Positions 1-13,086 of a DNA stretch of 64,000 nt are shown here, piece by piece. Under the pieces are notes generated by a model. That model was not told the origin of the DNA. It saw only the letters and a program-made list of their open reading frames with translations, and ran no database searches. Location: NCBI GenBank assembly GCA_051362555.1, contig CM120643.1, positions 6,448,001 to 6,512,000 of the forward strand, read 5' to 3'. Source of the stretch: Lingula anatina. Taxonomy: Eukaryota > Animalia > Brachiopoda. The stretch's first letter is position 1, and every line of letters starts with the position of its first letter. The position numbers and the translations under genes are program-made.

Positions 1-835
1 CAGCAATAAAAATGAGATTCAATTATGTTCAATAGATTCAAACCTACCTTGTAATCTGTTTTCCTTTTATTTACACATTAACTGCTTGTTTAGATTCCAT
101 TACAAAACAGATGAGGAAATTTGAGTGTATATAGAGTGCAGTTGAACAGGAGGAGGAGGAGGCAGAAGATGAGGTCACTGAATCTGCATCAAAGAAATGA
201 GAGAGAGGACAAGGCAAAGTAGCAAGAGAGACAGAAAGTTGTTGCAGTTGTAAAATAATCTTAGGATTTTAGCACGTCTTTGTATTAGGATCTTAGTCAT
301 CGACCAAAACAACAGTGTGAAGCTACAAAATGAAAAGTCAGTTTTGTAAAAGAGAATGGCATATGACCAGGTACAATAAAACTGAAAATATGTTGTGAAT
401 ATTTACTGAATGATTCTATAATTTTATAATTGAGCAAAACTTTTCCCCCTTTATTAAATTTGACATTAAAAAAAAAAAAAAAAAAAAAAAAAACTAGTAG
501 ACCAATTATCAAGTTCAGAAACATATAATTGTCTTTTCCAGCTATTCAGCATGAAAATGAAATGAAAAAGTGCAATGGCACAGTTGAAATTTTAATTTTA
601 ATTAAAATTCTTTTCTTAGTATTTTTGCAAAGCTAAAGCCTCAATTGGAGTCACATCTCCACAAGAAGCAAAACATTGATGTAGCAGATGACACCGCGAC
701 TCCCAATGACCCTACACATTCCCATGATACTGTGGAACTATCCCCTCTGCTGCTTGAAGACCAACCACTCCCCCAACATTTTGAAGAAGGGCCTGAATTG
801 GAAACACATTCCCTACCAAAACTGACACAAAGTTA

Positions 836-1080
836 GGCTTCGTTCACATGCAATGTCTATTTTCTATTTTCTATTTTCGGTATGTCTTATGATCACGGTC
901 TGTGCACTGAATATCCCGCCGCGTAATTACTGGCAGCGCGAGCCAGTTACTTATAGTATTTTATAGTAACTGGCTCGCGCTGCCAGTAATTTCGCCGCGG
1001 GATATTCAGTGCACAGACCGTGATCATAAGACATACCGAAAATAGAAAATAGAAAATAGACATTGCATGTGAACGAAGCC
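836..1080. mobile_element. Palindromic PIF/Harbinger-type MITE
   Basis: Near-perfect ~115-bp inverted arms (GGCTTCGTTCACATG...CATGTGAACGAAGCC) flanked by a TTA duplication at 833-835 and 1081-1083. Confidence 0.85.
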
Positions 1081-1759
1081 TTAGTCATAGGAGACAACAC
1101 TTTGGAGATGGCCGACTTATAAACATTGGACAGAAAAGAATGGTTAAATGACAACGCAAGGTATTTGATCTTCAGCAAAACGCTTTCATTCACATGCTTT
1201 ATATTTGTCAAAAATGCATGAGAATCAGTCATCATATTTTTGTGTTATTATAATGGTTAAAAATTATAATTGTTGTAACGGGGTAAATATAGTGCCAGTG
1301 TGCATAAACCGGGGTAGTGTCGGCAAAAAAGGAACATGGCGGCGTAGCAGACGATATGTGTACCTAATACTGGATTTCGGAGAATATAGAGGGTATTTTT
1401 GAAGCACATTGTTATTGTGATGGACGATAAATTGTTAACCCCAAGTGTGAAATTGTTTACTGTTACTAAAACATTTAGTTTCCTCTCCTAACTGTTTTTA
1501 TAACAAAACCAAATCAATTGTTAAACTAAAGTTTTAATTTTAACTAAGTTTGTCACTGATGCTATTTTATCAGCATCATGTCACATTGAGATATTTGTCC
1601 TTAGCATAAATATGTATAGGATTATCACTGGATTTTCAAGAGGTACCACAAATAACTATTTTGCAATAACATATTCCGAAACCATTGCATAGTATTACAG
1701 GCTAATGTTTTATTTATTGATAGTTTCTATTGTTGAACTCTCTTCTTACCTTTTCACAG

Positions 1760-1971
1760 GTAGAAAGTACCAAGGATTTAATGAAAAAAGGAAAGCCAGC
1801 AAAACTGACAGGTATTTTGGTTCAAGATACCACAGACACCATACCTGTCAATCTCTGGCGTGATGCCTCCAGTTTGGCTGTAAAAGTTGTGTAGAATTTA
1901 AAGGTAGCATCAGTTATAATTCATATGAAAAAAGACTGATCTGTCACATCAATGACAGCACAGATGTGGAG
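1760..1971 (+). pseudogene. Degenerate exon encoding an OB-fold-like (RPA/SSB-type) fragment
   Basis: Bounded by ttttcacAG and GTaact. Reads VESTKDLMKKGKPAKLTGILVQDTTDTIPVNLWRD, resembling the DxTGxIxVTLW OB-fold motif, then frameshifts. Confidence 0.45.
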
Positions 1972-2626
1972 GTAACTGACTGTTAATTTTTGTGTTAATT
2001 CATACTAAACAGTGTCTATATTTTAAACAAGTAATTTCAATAACACTTCAATATCACTGTATATACACCCATTGAATACAAAAGCATACACGCATGCTTT
2101 TATCTTGAACAACAAGAATACATATACTGTAACATTTACGTGTATTTGGCCTCCTAAAGCCACTCTTACCTAGGTTTATACTCTCTTCAGTCCTGTAATT
2201 CCACTACAATTTAATGTTTTGTGCAATATATATAACAAATGCACTAATTGTTCAGATTTATAATAAGGTATGCCTTTTTTTCACTCCAGATACAACCAAC
2301 CATGGGCATTGAACAAATATTGACTCTCACTGCTGTTTCCTCCTCCAACAGTGGGTATTTCCTCTTCTTAACTTTCTTAACTAAAGAGTTAGAGAGGGAA
2401 ACAGCAAAGACAATAGACATTGCTGAAAATCTCTTTCTCAACCACTGAGGATGGTCTTTCAGGTGAACTGCCAATAACAATAACGGCAACAGCAAGAGAA
2501 AACGGAATCATCAAATCATCAGGCAATTCAGCAAGTCCAGTGTGGAGCTGATCCCCAAACACAACAAGCAAGACTGAGAGTCCAACCAAATATTCCTTTT
2601 GGAGTCCCTGTATAACCATTGACAGA

Positions 2627-2857
2627 AAAGAAGACCCTGCACAATGGATTTCACAGTATAATAAATTCTGCATAAAAAATAGATTGTTTAAATGGGATGG
2701 ACAAGAAAAGGTGCACTACTTCCCTCTATATCTAAGTGAAGTAGCAAAGGAGTGGCATGAACAGTTGTCACAAGAAATTCAACAGAACTATGATCAATTA
2801 GAAAGAGCAATCAAGTCCAGATTCTCTGTGCACCCTCATGCTTATGACAAAATATGA
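2627..2857 (+). pseudogene. Ty3/Gypsy Gag capsid fragment
   Basis: Manual translation KEDPAQWISQYNKFCIKNRLFKWDGQEKVHYFPLYLSEVAKEWHEQLSQEIQQNYDQLERAIKSRF fits the retrotransposon gag pattern. No LTR or pol adjacent. Confidence 0.65.
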
Positions 2858-4027
2858 TACAAGCACCACAAGAAATTTTTTCAAAAGAAAAACTTTAGCT
2901 AATCAAGAAAATATATCAGAGGATCGTATGCTATCTTATATTATACCATACAAAAGCAAATAGCAAAGGTGCCCTAGGTTGTGCTAAGCCACCTTCACAA
3001 GAGTGCCTAGGAGTTTCAGGGCACATTATAAATATTGGAAGGCTTACAATTTTAGGTCATGGCTCTTTCATTATAATTTTAGGTCATGGCTTTTCATTAT
3101 TCTCTGCCTGTTGTATGTGATTTAATGGATCCATGCTATTTTACTCATTTTGCCTGTTTTGTATAAGCAATATTTCTCCTTTGCCAGGAGAGCATAACAG
3201 AAAACGATATTGCAAGGGGTGAGATTTTATTGAATTATTTTGTTTTAATGTTTGGTTCACTTTATGAGGATTAAGGTACTGTATCCTTAATGTTCATCTA
3301 TTACATTTACCAGACTGTGTAAGAAATCTGGTACCACTGTGGGTATATTCTTGTTTCCTATTCGAAGACATTAATGGACAGATTACAAGATTATATCATG
3401 GAATGCAAAATATTGATACTCAGGTTGTTGCATCAGTAAATATTTTGAAGACTTTGCCTTATCTTATTTGCCTCAAAAGTTCCTCAGAATTACAATGAGA
3501 TTGTACACAAGTAGAAAACAGGAGTGTGCAGGAGGTGTGCAAAAAGGAAGATTTTTGTCGCACACTTCTGTGCACTCCCCATAGCTGTTTAGTGCACACT
3601 CTAGAGTGTGCCACACATGTGCAGCATATTTGTTACATGTGTGCTGCACATTTTTTATTTTGCTAAGGGTACTGATCCACCTACTAAATGTGACTGACCA
3701 CCTGATGGTCTCCCAGCCTCCACACGCGCCTTTAAACAGATTAAATCTCTGCATGCTCCAAGGTTTAATCGCTCAGCCCTGCAATGACAGTGCATGTGGG
3801 AAACCATCAGAAATCAGAGGCATCCCTTTTGAACTATGGTCGGCCAAAATTTAGTCGGAGGATCAGTAAGTATTCAGATCATCCATTCTGAATGGGGCCA
3901 TATTTGTTGCACAGCTGGAAGCTGCTTTTTGTTAGTTGGTAGTCAACAAACCTGTAGTTATAAGTATAGATGAGGAATAGACATACTGCAGATTTTCTCA
4001 ACATGATTTGACTTTTTATATTTAAAG

Positions 4028-4200
4028 GTGGGGTGTCCCAAAACGCTTGCTGTCGGAACAAGGACGGGAGTTCATTGCAGCTATCAATATAGAGATGCGC
4101 AAGGCCTTGAACATTACCTGGTCAGTGACCAGTGCCTATCACCCACAGACAAATGGACTGGATGAGATGAGCAACCAAACTCTAAAAGCACAACTCAGCT
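4028..4200 (+). pseudogene. Ginger/GIN-like DDE integrase exon fragment
   Basis: After an AG acceptor: WGVPKRLLSEQGREF...VTSAYHPQTNGLDEMSNQTLKAQL (integrase core SDQGxEF and YHPQTNG motifs). Confidence 0.7.
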
Positions 4201-5072
4201 GTAGTGTTTTCTGTCACTGCCGAGAGGATCCTGGGGTTCCTGTGCACAGGGGTGGTCACATACATAAATAAAGATCCCTCCAGATCTGCACAAGAAAGCT
4301 GATATCACGCTCTCTCCTCCACTTGAAGAAAACATAAAGAAAACTCAAGCCACGCTGTCCCTATTATACACCCACCAAACACAAAACGTTCTTACCACGT
4401 GGAGAAATGCAGTATATATGTGATGTGGGAAATCAATGTTTTATCAACGTGGTATCAATGTTATCAGTGGAGCACCAACATGAAATCCAGGTGTCCATTA
4501 GGTCTCAGTAGACAAGACGCTTGTAGTCACATGCTTTTAAACAACAAAGAGCAAATCTCTCTAATTTTGGAACCTGGTATAAGGTTATTATGAGTAGGGG
4601 CAGTGAGGTCACCTGTGTCTGGATCATGAAGGAATGAATTTCTTTAAGTTCAGTGTCTCTGGCCAGAATCAGTTACAAGAAATTATTTCACGTAAGAAAC
4701 TATAGGAAAAGAGTTCTGGATGGTGGCATTGTTAGTTTTAACACATTTAAATTTTACGATGCATTTACACTGGGTCAGGCTGCATTCAGGATGATGTCAG
4801 GTGCTAAAATAATGAAGTCAGTTTGCATTCAGAATATTGCATACTGTGCCTCCAATAGTAAACAGCATACCATGTAAGAGTTAGTAAGTAATGGGTGGTT
4901 TTAACGTAGAAATTTCTAACCTGTGTACATGCTTTATTAGGGTTAAAGAGTCTAAAAGGATGGCAGAAAGAATTAGGCTGCCTGCATTGGGTGCAAGAAG
5001 CACAGACTATTCTATGCGTGATTAATGGATGAATATTGTGACTAAGTTTAAAACTTTCTTTTAATGATACAG

Positions 5073-5458
5073 AGACGATACCTCAGCACCTGAGACTCTA
5101 TAAGAAGAATCATCCAAAAATTGGGATCCAACAGATTGTGGGCAAACTTCGGCCTCAAAGGGAGAAAGAGAAAGAAGCCATTTAACAACTTAGCTATTTG
5201 TGCAGTAATTATCAGTAAGTATGTTTATTTATAGAATACAAAGATAAATTTTATGTTTAATCATTACAAACTTGTGTATGTTTCATTTATTACTGTGTGA
5301 TCAAGTAATTCAGTAATTATTTTTATTATTATTTTAATAATCCAGAGGCATATAGGAAAAACAACCCCAAGGTACATGTAACCTTGTTGGTGGTAGAAGA
5401 GGCCATCAGTGAGGCTTTTAAGTATGCCCCCAAAATGCAAGATGGCCCAAAGTACAAG
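5073..5458 (+). pseudogene. DUF4806-like transposon accessory gene, C-terminal exons (5073-5214, 5346-5458)
   Basis: Spliced translation IRRIIQKLGSNRLWANFGLKGRKRKKPFNNLAICAVII/KAYRKNNP...EEAISEAFKYAPKMQDGPKYK. GT-AG boundaries and one in-frame stop. Confidence 0.55.
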
Positions 5459-6203
5459 GTATGTGTATCAACTAAAGTTAAGAATGAAATTAAGGCCATG
5501 TGATAAGGATATTATAAAAAAATTGTGTACATTTTGTATACGAAGCAATTGGCATGCTATAAGGGCCATTAAGGAGCCACAGTACCTTATAATTTATAAA
5601 TACCTCATTGAAGGAGTAGGTGAAATAGTAATGGAAATTAAATATGTTTAATCAAATTCCATCAAATGTATATTGTATACTTAAAAAAGAATAGATAATA
5701 GTTTTGGAAGAGGTTATTTGATTACCCCTTTCACTCACTTGAAATAAATATATCTTTGGTAGGTGCCCTCACAGAACATTTATATACTGGTATATTTGAT
5801 GTTACTGATGTTGCTGCTAAGACTGCATTATTACCTTTGAAGGAAAAGTATGTATCTATTCCATTGCTTTAATTTGTGAAAATTAAATAAATTATTGTGA
5901 TCTTGCAAATGTGTTTTGTCATACAGAAGGAGTATTTGTACAAATTCATTTTTTTTATTACATGATGATTTGTTTCTCACCAGTACTTAGCATTTATTTT
6001 GTGTGTGTGTTTGTGTAAATGATAAAAAAATAATCTAAATGAAATTGTTATGCAATGAAGTATGAAGCTAAATGGAAGTACCTTCACTTCACACCAATAT
6101 TATAAATCTTTCTTACAATCAACTTGTAAGAAATGTGCATGTTTTTTGGAACAAACTTCTTCTGAAACTGCATTTGATAATTTTAGCAGGTTGGCATTCC
6201 ATC

Positions 6204-6639
6204 ATGTATGCTGTTGTCCTTTTTGACAACACAAATGAGGTAGAGGTGGTGCCATCATCTTGGATTGATGGCGACAAGTGTTTGTAGCCATTTGAAAAGT
6301 ACAACTATTACAAAGGCCATTGAGCGTAATGTGTCTCCAACTGCTGATTAGAGGCCATACAGTATCAAAGTCCAGAGACAACAAGGTCAGTTCTTAAAAA
6401 TTGCCAAAATTGGGAGTGAAGTTTATGTTCTAATTTTTATTGGCTTCATATAAATAGAATGAATAGCATCATTTTTTTTTTTTTGCAATCATTCATTAAT
6501 AGGTATAATTGTTGAATGCTTAACCTTCTAAGCTGCATTTGCAGATGACAATCAAAAGGCACGCCTGAAGTGTAAAAAATTGGAGGCCAGGCTGTCAACA
6601 GACCTAGAAACAACAGACACAGAAGACAGAGGAAGAAAA
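6204..6639 (+). pseudogene. N-terminal exons of a DUF4806-family-like transposon accessory gene (6204-6385, 6545-6639)
   Basis: MYAVVLFDNTNEVEVVPSSWIDGDKCL*P and DNQKARLKCKKLEARLSTDLETTD. GT-AG boundaries and a premature stop. Confidence 0.5.
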
Positions 6640-7019
6640 GTAATTTTTATCACTATGCCGTTGATATTCTTGTAAGTGATAAGTGTCTGTTCACCTCATC
6701 ATAAATAACACATGCTTTTTTGAAAATGAATAGCTCTGTGCATATGTTAAAATGTTAGAATGAAGAAAATGTGTGAAAACATAAAACAGATTGAAAATTT
6801 TTTGGATGAATCACATATTTGTCCCACGGACTAGAAATCTGTGGAAGGTGGTAAAGATGGTAATAAATGAAATTAGTTTAATAATAACAGGTGGTATTAA
6901 ACTTAATTAATACCTGCCACACCTGTCTCTAGACAAATATATGCTTTATACAAAAATGCTTGTTTGTTTAACCTTATTTTTATACGGTAAAGTTTAACTG
7001 ATGTTTTCTTTTTTCTTAG

Positions 7020-7053
7020 AATGGGTGCCCCTGAAAAACTGCTGTCTGACCAG
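7020..7053 (+). pseudogene. Second, very short Ginger-like integrase exon start
   Basis: ttttcttAG then MGAPEKLLSDQ, with the same intron position and phase as the 4028 fragment. Confidence 0.45.
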
Positions 7054-7352
7054 CGGTTAGAAATTTGGGGACAGTGCGCAGTGCTGAAGGTTCGCTGTGT
7101 GGAAAGGATCTGGTGCGCTGTGCCGAAAGGGTGGCTGTGCCAAGGGTTCGCTGCACCAAAAAAGTTCGGCTACCCATCACCTATTGTGTTTGTTGCGTGA
7201 CTATGAAAGGTGTCCTTTCTTGAAAATATCGTCAGGTTTTCACCGTCCATGTCCTTTGCCTTGGCTGCGTGGAAATACTGGTGTCGTGCCTGATGAAGGC
7301 CCCGAAAAATGGCCACTACAGACAAGTTTTGCAGGTGATTAAACTTTTTTAA

Positions 7353-8040
7353 CTCATTGTCCCCTACTGCCGTCATTTGCCGACAATGTTTTCTTATTTC
7401 TATCCCGAGCGTCGTCATTTGACGTCGTAATATTAATAGTACCCATTCCCGACTGCCGTCATATGACGGCATCCAATATGGCGGGCCCCTTGCCTAGCGA
7501 CTTCATATGACGGCATGAGAAAGAAACTTTGATAGGTGAGTTTTAAATAGCTCGTTTTCTGATTGGTTGTTGCTTTTCTTTTGGCCAATAAAAAGGAGAG
7601 TACTATAGAACAAAATGTAAACATTTTAAGGGATGCGGGAAATCTACATATGGAGGAAATCTGGAGTATTTTTGATGAGAGCTCTGGGTCTGAATTTTCG
7701 GGATTTGTTAGTGACAGTGAGTCTGACAGCAATAATTTGAGCTATATTTCTTTTGAATAACACTTTACAGACATAGTCTGAAAGTGAATTAGGCAGCATT
7801 AGTGAAGATTTTAGAAGAAGTCGGTGGGAAAACGATCTGTGGGAGGTGGACAAGGAGCTTTTCCGTGGTGAACTGCCTGGATTCACACATGAACTGACGG
7901 GTCTCAAAGACGAACTAGACTTTTAAAACTGTTCTTTACTGATGAAATACTGAACAATTTGTCGGAAAATATAAATGCATATGCAACATACAATGACTCT
8001 AAGTGGAAAGAAGAACTAAAAGCATGGCTCGGTGTCAGGG
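7353..8040 (+). mobile_element. 5' fragment of a piggyBac-like transposon
   Basis: TTAA followed by CTCATT terminus, acidic N-terminus MEEIWSIFDESSGSEFSGF, and KLFFTDEILNNLSENINAYA...EELKAWLGV typical of piggyBac transposase. Disrupted and truncated. Confidence 0.6.
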
Positions 8041-8742
8041 TGCATGCAGTATTTTTAAGTTGATGCTTATCTTATCACAACTGCATAATATAGATAATAA
8101 ATGTCATACTTTTTTGTAATCTGATGCTCATCTTTTAATTTTATTTTGTAGAATTTGGTGTTTTTTTTTTTTTTTTTGTACCTGTTGATATAATCTAAAC
8201 AAGTATTATTATGTATATTTTATATATTTATAAACAGTTGTTGAACTTACATTCATTGTTCAATTTTTATAGACCAAGTAATTCGGACTTGATCTTCCCC
8301 ATTCAATAAATAACAATATTTTGAATATGGCCAGTTATAAAGAATTTCATATTATACCAATTTCATGCCTTAAGAACCCTGAAAATTTGGAACAAACAAA
8401 ACAACAGACCTAGAAAAAGGGATATGGGAGAGTGCTGACAGTGGCGCCACCACATGGTGGTGGCCAGATTTGGTATTAATGGCTGTAGGGGATCGTGCAG
8501 CAGTCACTGCAGGGGACAATGAGTTAAATCTGTAAATTTGGCTATGGGAGCTGACTTCAAAAATTAAACTATTGCGTTGGCAGCTTATATCTCTCATTCT
8601 ATGTCTAAAGTCTGGATGACAGATGCAATAAAGGCTCGAAATTATAGAATTATTTATCAGAACAATTTGCCGTGAAGGGAGATGCATATGAAAATTTTTG
8701 TTAACTCGCAGGTGAAATAATTACATTCACAATATTTTTCAG

Positions 8743-9187
8743 GCCTTTAATAGAAAAATCAGAGAGGCTACCAGGCACCGATGGAGGCCCACAAGAGTGA
8801 TTTGTGACTTTGAGGTGGGTCTCAACACCTCCCTGGAGACGGAGCTTCCAATGACAGCAGTAGCTGGCTGCTATTTTCACTTTTGCCAATCTTTGTGGTG
8901 GCATGTCCAGGAACAGGGGTTGGTGCCTATTTGTAGGCACAATCCCAGGGTAAGGCAGTGCATTCGGAAGTTCATGTCATTGGGTTACTTACCCTTGGCG
9001 CTTGTTCGCCAGAACTTCCAAATGCACTGCAATGCCCGCAGGACACGCCGCTACATGCGGCGCTTCCTGGGGATGGGAGAATTTTCCCAATATGTCAGGA
9101 CCACATATATTGATGGGACGTTTCCTCCCGTAACCTGGAATGTGTACGGGAGGAATATGGACACAAGGACCAACATCCATGTGGAAA
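8743..9187 (+). pseudogene. MULE/Mutator transposase, penultimate exon
   Basis: ICDFEVGL...GCYFHFCQSLW...WNVY...RTNIHVE motifs. AG acceptor at 8741-8742, GTAAG donor at 9188. Confidence 0.85.
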
Positions 9188-9580
9188 GTAAGTTCAGAAA
9201 AGTTATTATTGTTTATAGATACTGTTTACGTGAAACGCTCATTCTTAATATATAGGTACATGTAAATTGTAAATTTTACTTTTTAATTTCCTTTAAAGTA
9301 ATTATTCATTGCAAGTTGAAGATTTTTTCCTTCATACTGATGTGAATTTTCAAATTTTTCAAAGATTAAAAAAGGCAAGGTTTGGCTAGAGTGATCAATT
9401 TTTGTCACCAGAGATTTAGCAAAAGGATATATTGGAAAAATATCCTCAACTTTGAGATTCACTTGTCTAATATAAACAAATAAACTCATGTATTGGGCAA
9501 GATTGAAAAGAGAATATGATATCTATAATGTTTACATAGTGACATGTCATGGCGCAAAGCAAAGTTTAAAAGACCTATAT

Positions 9581-12055
9581 AACTAGAGGATCAGAGAGGC
9601 GATACCGCCTCCGAATATTGTACCACCAGCTGGAGCAAGCGCATTCGTATAGACCCCCACATACACAAAATAAGGGACACAGCCACCAGTTTTGTGCTTG
9701 ACAAGCTGTAAAAATGCAATCAACAAGAATTTTTAAACTATTGCAAAAAATATATATGGTACAATCAAATTTAAGTTCTTCGTAAGGTAGGTCAAGGGTC
9801 AATTTCAAGGTCACAGTAAATTGCCAGTATATGACTTCCTATTCAAGTTCAAGAGTAACTATGGACCTATCTCTGTCAAGTTTGAAGTTAAAAGAGAAAG
9901 AAATTAGCAGAGTTCAGTTCATGATAAAAAGTAGGTCAAAGGTCAATTTCAAGGTCACATTTAGATTGCCAGTATATGACTTTCTATTCAAGTTCAATTG
10001 TAACTATGGACCTATCTCTGCCAGTTTTGGAGATAAAAGGGAAGCAAAATTTGCAAAGTTCAGTTTATGGTGAAAAGTAGGACAAAGGTCAATTTTAATG
10101 TCACATTTATAATGCCAGTATATGACTTCCTATTCAAGTTCAATAGTAACTACGGACCTATCTCAGCCAGTTTTGGAGATAAAAGGAAAGCAAAATTTGC
10201 AAAATTCAGTTTATTATGTAAAGTAGGTCAAAGGTCAATTTCAAGGTCACATTTAGATTGCCAGTATATGACTTCCTATTCAAGTTCAATAGTAACTATG
10301 GACCTATCTCTGCCAGTTTTGGAGATAAAAGGGAAGCAAAATTTGCAAAATTCAGTTCATGGTGAAAAGTAGGTCAAAGGTCAATTTCAAGAACACATTT
10401 AGATTGCCAGTATATGACTTCCTATTCAAGTTCAATAGTAACTATGGACCTATCTCTGCCAGTTTTGGAGATAAAAGGGAAGCAAAATTTGCAAAGTTCA
10501 GTTTATGGTGAAAAGTAGGTCAAAGGTCAATTTTGAGGTCACATTTAGATTGCCAGTATATGACTTCCTATTCAAGTTCAATAGTAACTACGGACCTATC
10601 TCAGCCAGTTTTGGAGATAAAAGGAAAGCAAAATTTGCAAAATTCAGTTCATGGTGTAAAGTAGGTCAAAGGTCAATTTTAAGGTCACATTTAGATTGCC
10701 AGTATATGACTTCCTATTCAAGTTCAATAGTAACTACGGACCTATCTCAGCCAGTTTTGGAGATAAAAGGAAAGCAAAATTTGCAAAATTCAGTTCATGG
10801 TGTAAAGTAGGTCAAAGGTCAATTTTAAGGTCACATTTAGATTGCCAGTATATGACTTCCTATTCAAGTTCAATAGTAACTATAGACCTATCTCTGCCAG
10901 TTTTGGAGATAAAAGGGAAGCAAATTTTGCAAAGTTCAGTTCATGGTGAAAAGTAGGTCAAAGGTCACTTTCAAGGTCATAGTAAGATTGCCAGTATATG
11001 ACTTCCTATTCAACTTCAATTGTAACTATGGACCTATCTCTGCCAGTTTTGGAGATATAAGGGACTAAATGTTATAATTTTGGAGTTACCATAATGTGCC
11101 TTAAATTTCGTACAGAAAAAATTAATTAAAATAAAGAAAATGTCATTTTGGTCAAAATTCTTGAAATAGGAGGTGCTCTGAAGTTTCAGAAGTTCAAATT
11201 TGATGAAATAATGTCATTTTTGAACACAAGTTGTCTGCTTTGCCAAGCCTTATGTTTTATTTTTCCAGAGTTCAAAATTTATTATCCATTACCGTACTGC
11301 ACATTTTGCTTTTACCACCAATATGTACTTTTTGATACAGCGTAACTCGAAAACCGTATGGAATACAAAAAAACCGAGACCACCTCCAGTGTTGGGCTTT
11401 ACATGCTCTACAAAATGCAAAAAAGAATGGGTCTCTAGCATTAACGGTTCCCGAATTAGAGACAGTTTTCAGTTTCGGTATCTTATGGCTGCTACTCCCG
11501 TGAAAATGCACCGATTGACCCCAAATTCATGGAGATGAAAGATGACCTGAAGGGTAACACCTTCCAATAATATTATTGGTTAAGTCTGTGTGGTGTCTGA
11601 ATAACAGGGCAAAAAAAATTTTTTTCGTAAAAAATTTCATTTTTTTGAAAATTTTAGCCCATTTGACCTTGAAGTAAAGGTCAAAGGTCAAATCCAAGGG
11701 TATATTTGAAATCTACACATATGACTTTTGGAAAGCCGTCTATAGAAATTTTTCCCATAACTCCTTCCGTAGGGTAGATAATTAGCATTTAATTTTGCCA
11801 TTTTTAGACAAGGGTGCATTGCAATGAGTGCCACACCCAGACCCCAATACCGACAAAGCCCAAATTTTACGTGGAACGAGTTGAGATTATAGGTGACCTA
11901 AATCCATGAGATGGGTACGGGGGCCCTTACCGTCTAGGAGGAGAAGCGGTAACGGTAGCCGTCCGGCGGAGCCGGCGGAGCCAACGGAGCCGGCGGAACG
12001 ATCCGGACGGGACCGAAACCATGTGTACCGCCAGCGCTAACGCTGGTGGTACAAT
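9581..12055 (+). mobile_element. Non-autonomous Helentron-like (HINE/DINE-1 type) element in the MULE intron
   Basis: 5' AACTAGAG. Subterminal IR TTGTACCACCAGC (9618-9630) pairs with GCTGGTGGTACAA near 12042-12054. 3' hairpin at 12024-12053, GC-rich short repeats at ~11961-12013, internal satellite. Confidence 0.7.
9780..11065 (+). repeat. 146-bp tandem satellite, ~9 copies
   Basis: GTAGGTCAAAGGTC anchor recurs at 9931, 10077, 10223, 10369, 10515, 10661, 10807 and 10953. Confidence 0.95.
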
Positions 12056-12207
12056 TAAACCCTTCAGATTTGCAGAGCTTTATTTCATATTAATAATGCA
12101 GGTCTAGTGATACAAACTTTTCATCACTTTCACAAATTAAGATAAGATCGCACTAAAAGGTGCACAACCTTATTTTTAATTGCACTAATGCTCTCATTTT
12201 TTAACAG

Positions 12208-12469
12208 GTTTCAACGAGAGACTGAATGATGCCGTTGGGGTTAGGCACCCCACAATATGGCGGTTTATAACCTCACTTAAAGACATACAGGGCCAGATGG
12301 AGCACTCCATCCAGGCTGCTGACCGAGGGGATCCTCAGCCCACGAGGAGGCAGAAGTGGAGACGGACGGAGCGGCGCCTGAAGACGCTGTGAAGGGAGTA
12401 CAGGCGGGGGATAGAGACACAGAAGAGTATTGGGAGGCAATGACACACTGCCTCCACAACTTTGAATAA
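12208..12469 (+). pseudogene. MULE transposase terminal exon
   Basis: Phase-1 continuation of the 9187 donor: SFNERLNDAVGVRHPTIWRFITSLKDIQ. Contains an in-frame TGA and a frameshift. Confidence 0.8.
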
Positions 12470-13086
12470 AAGGTACGGTTTAACAAAATTTCATGACGAT
12501 TTAACGCAATATAAGCAGTTGCGGTGATCTCGTTATAATGCATTTATTCTAAGTTTTATGCCCCAAGCCTTGGCTTTATAAATATGTTCAGCTGCTTTTA
12601 AAGATATCATCCAGTAGTTACAAGTGCGGTGCTCGCGTTTTAACCTATGACCTTTTTATGTGCCGAGCTTTGACTTAAATTTGTTGTGTCTAGTAGCGTA
12701 TATATATGCTCACTTGTAATAGTAATAGGTGCGGTGATCGCATTTTTATGGCATTGATGTGCTTTATCATTGCAGTCGGATTGAGAAAGAGATGCAGTGT
12801 GACTAAGGTTGGATACCTGTTTTTGAAGTGGACAGCACATAGTTGTGATCTCCAGATATATCCATTCCTCATACATGGGATAAGGGTCAGGCAGGCAGGC
12901 TGGGAAAGGCTCAAAGATCTTCCGGAGTCTCTCTGTTTACATGTGAAGGAAGAAGCGATAGTCTCTCTCTGCCGTCTCTCTTCTTGCTTATTTCGGTTAT
13001 ATGACATGACAATGGCATTTCAGGATTTTTAGTTTTCCAAATATTGCAGTATGCTGTATGTAATTATGTTATTTGACAGACTCCGG

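Noticed and set aside
7288-7310. CCTGATGAAGGCCCCGAAA as a hammerhead ribozyme
   Set aside because: The stem II loop is too short and no convincing stems I/III are visible
9780-11065. Regular repeat array as a CRISPR array, or the repeated ORFs at 9831-10956 as genes
   Set aside because: Whole 146-bp units repeat with no unique spacers and no cas genes. The ORFs are by-products of the satellite
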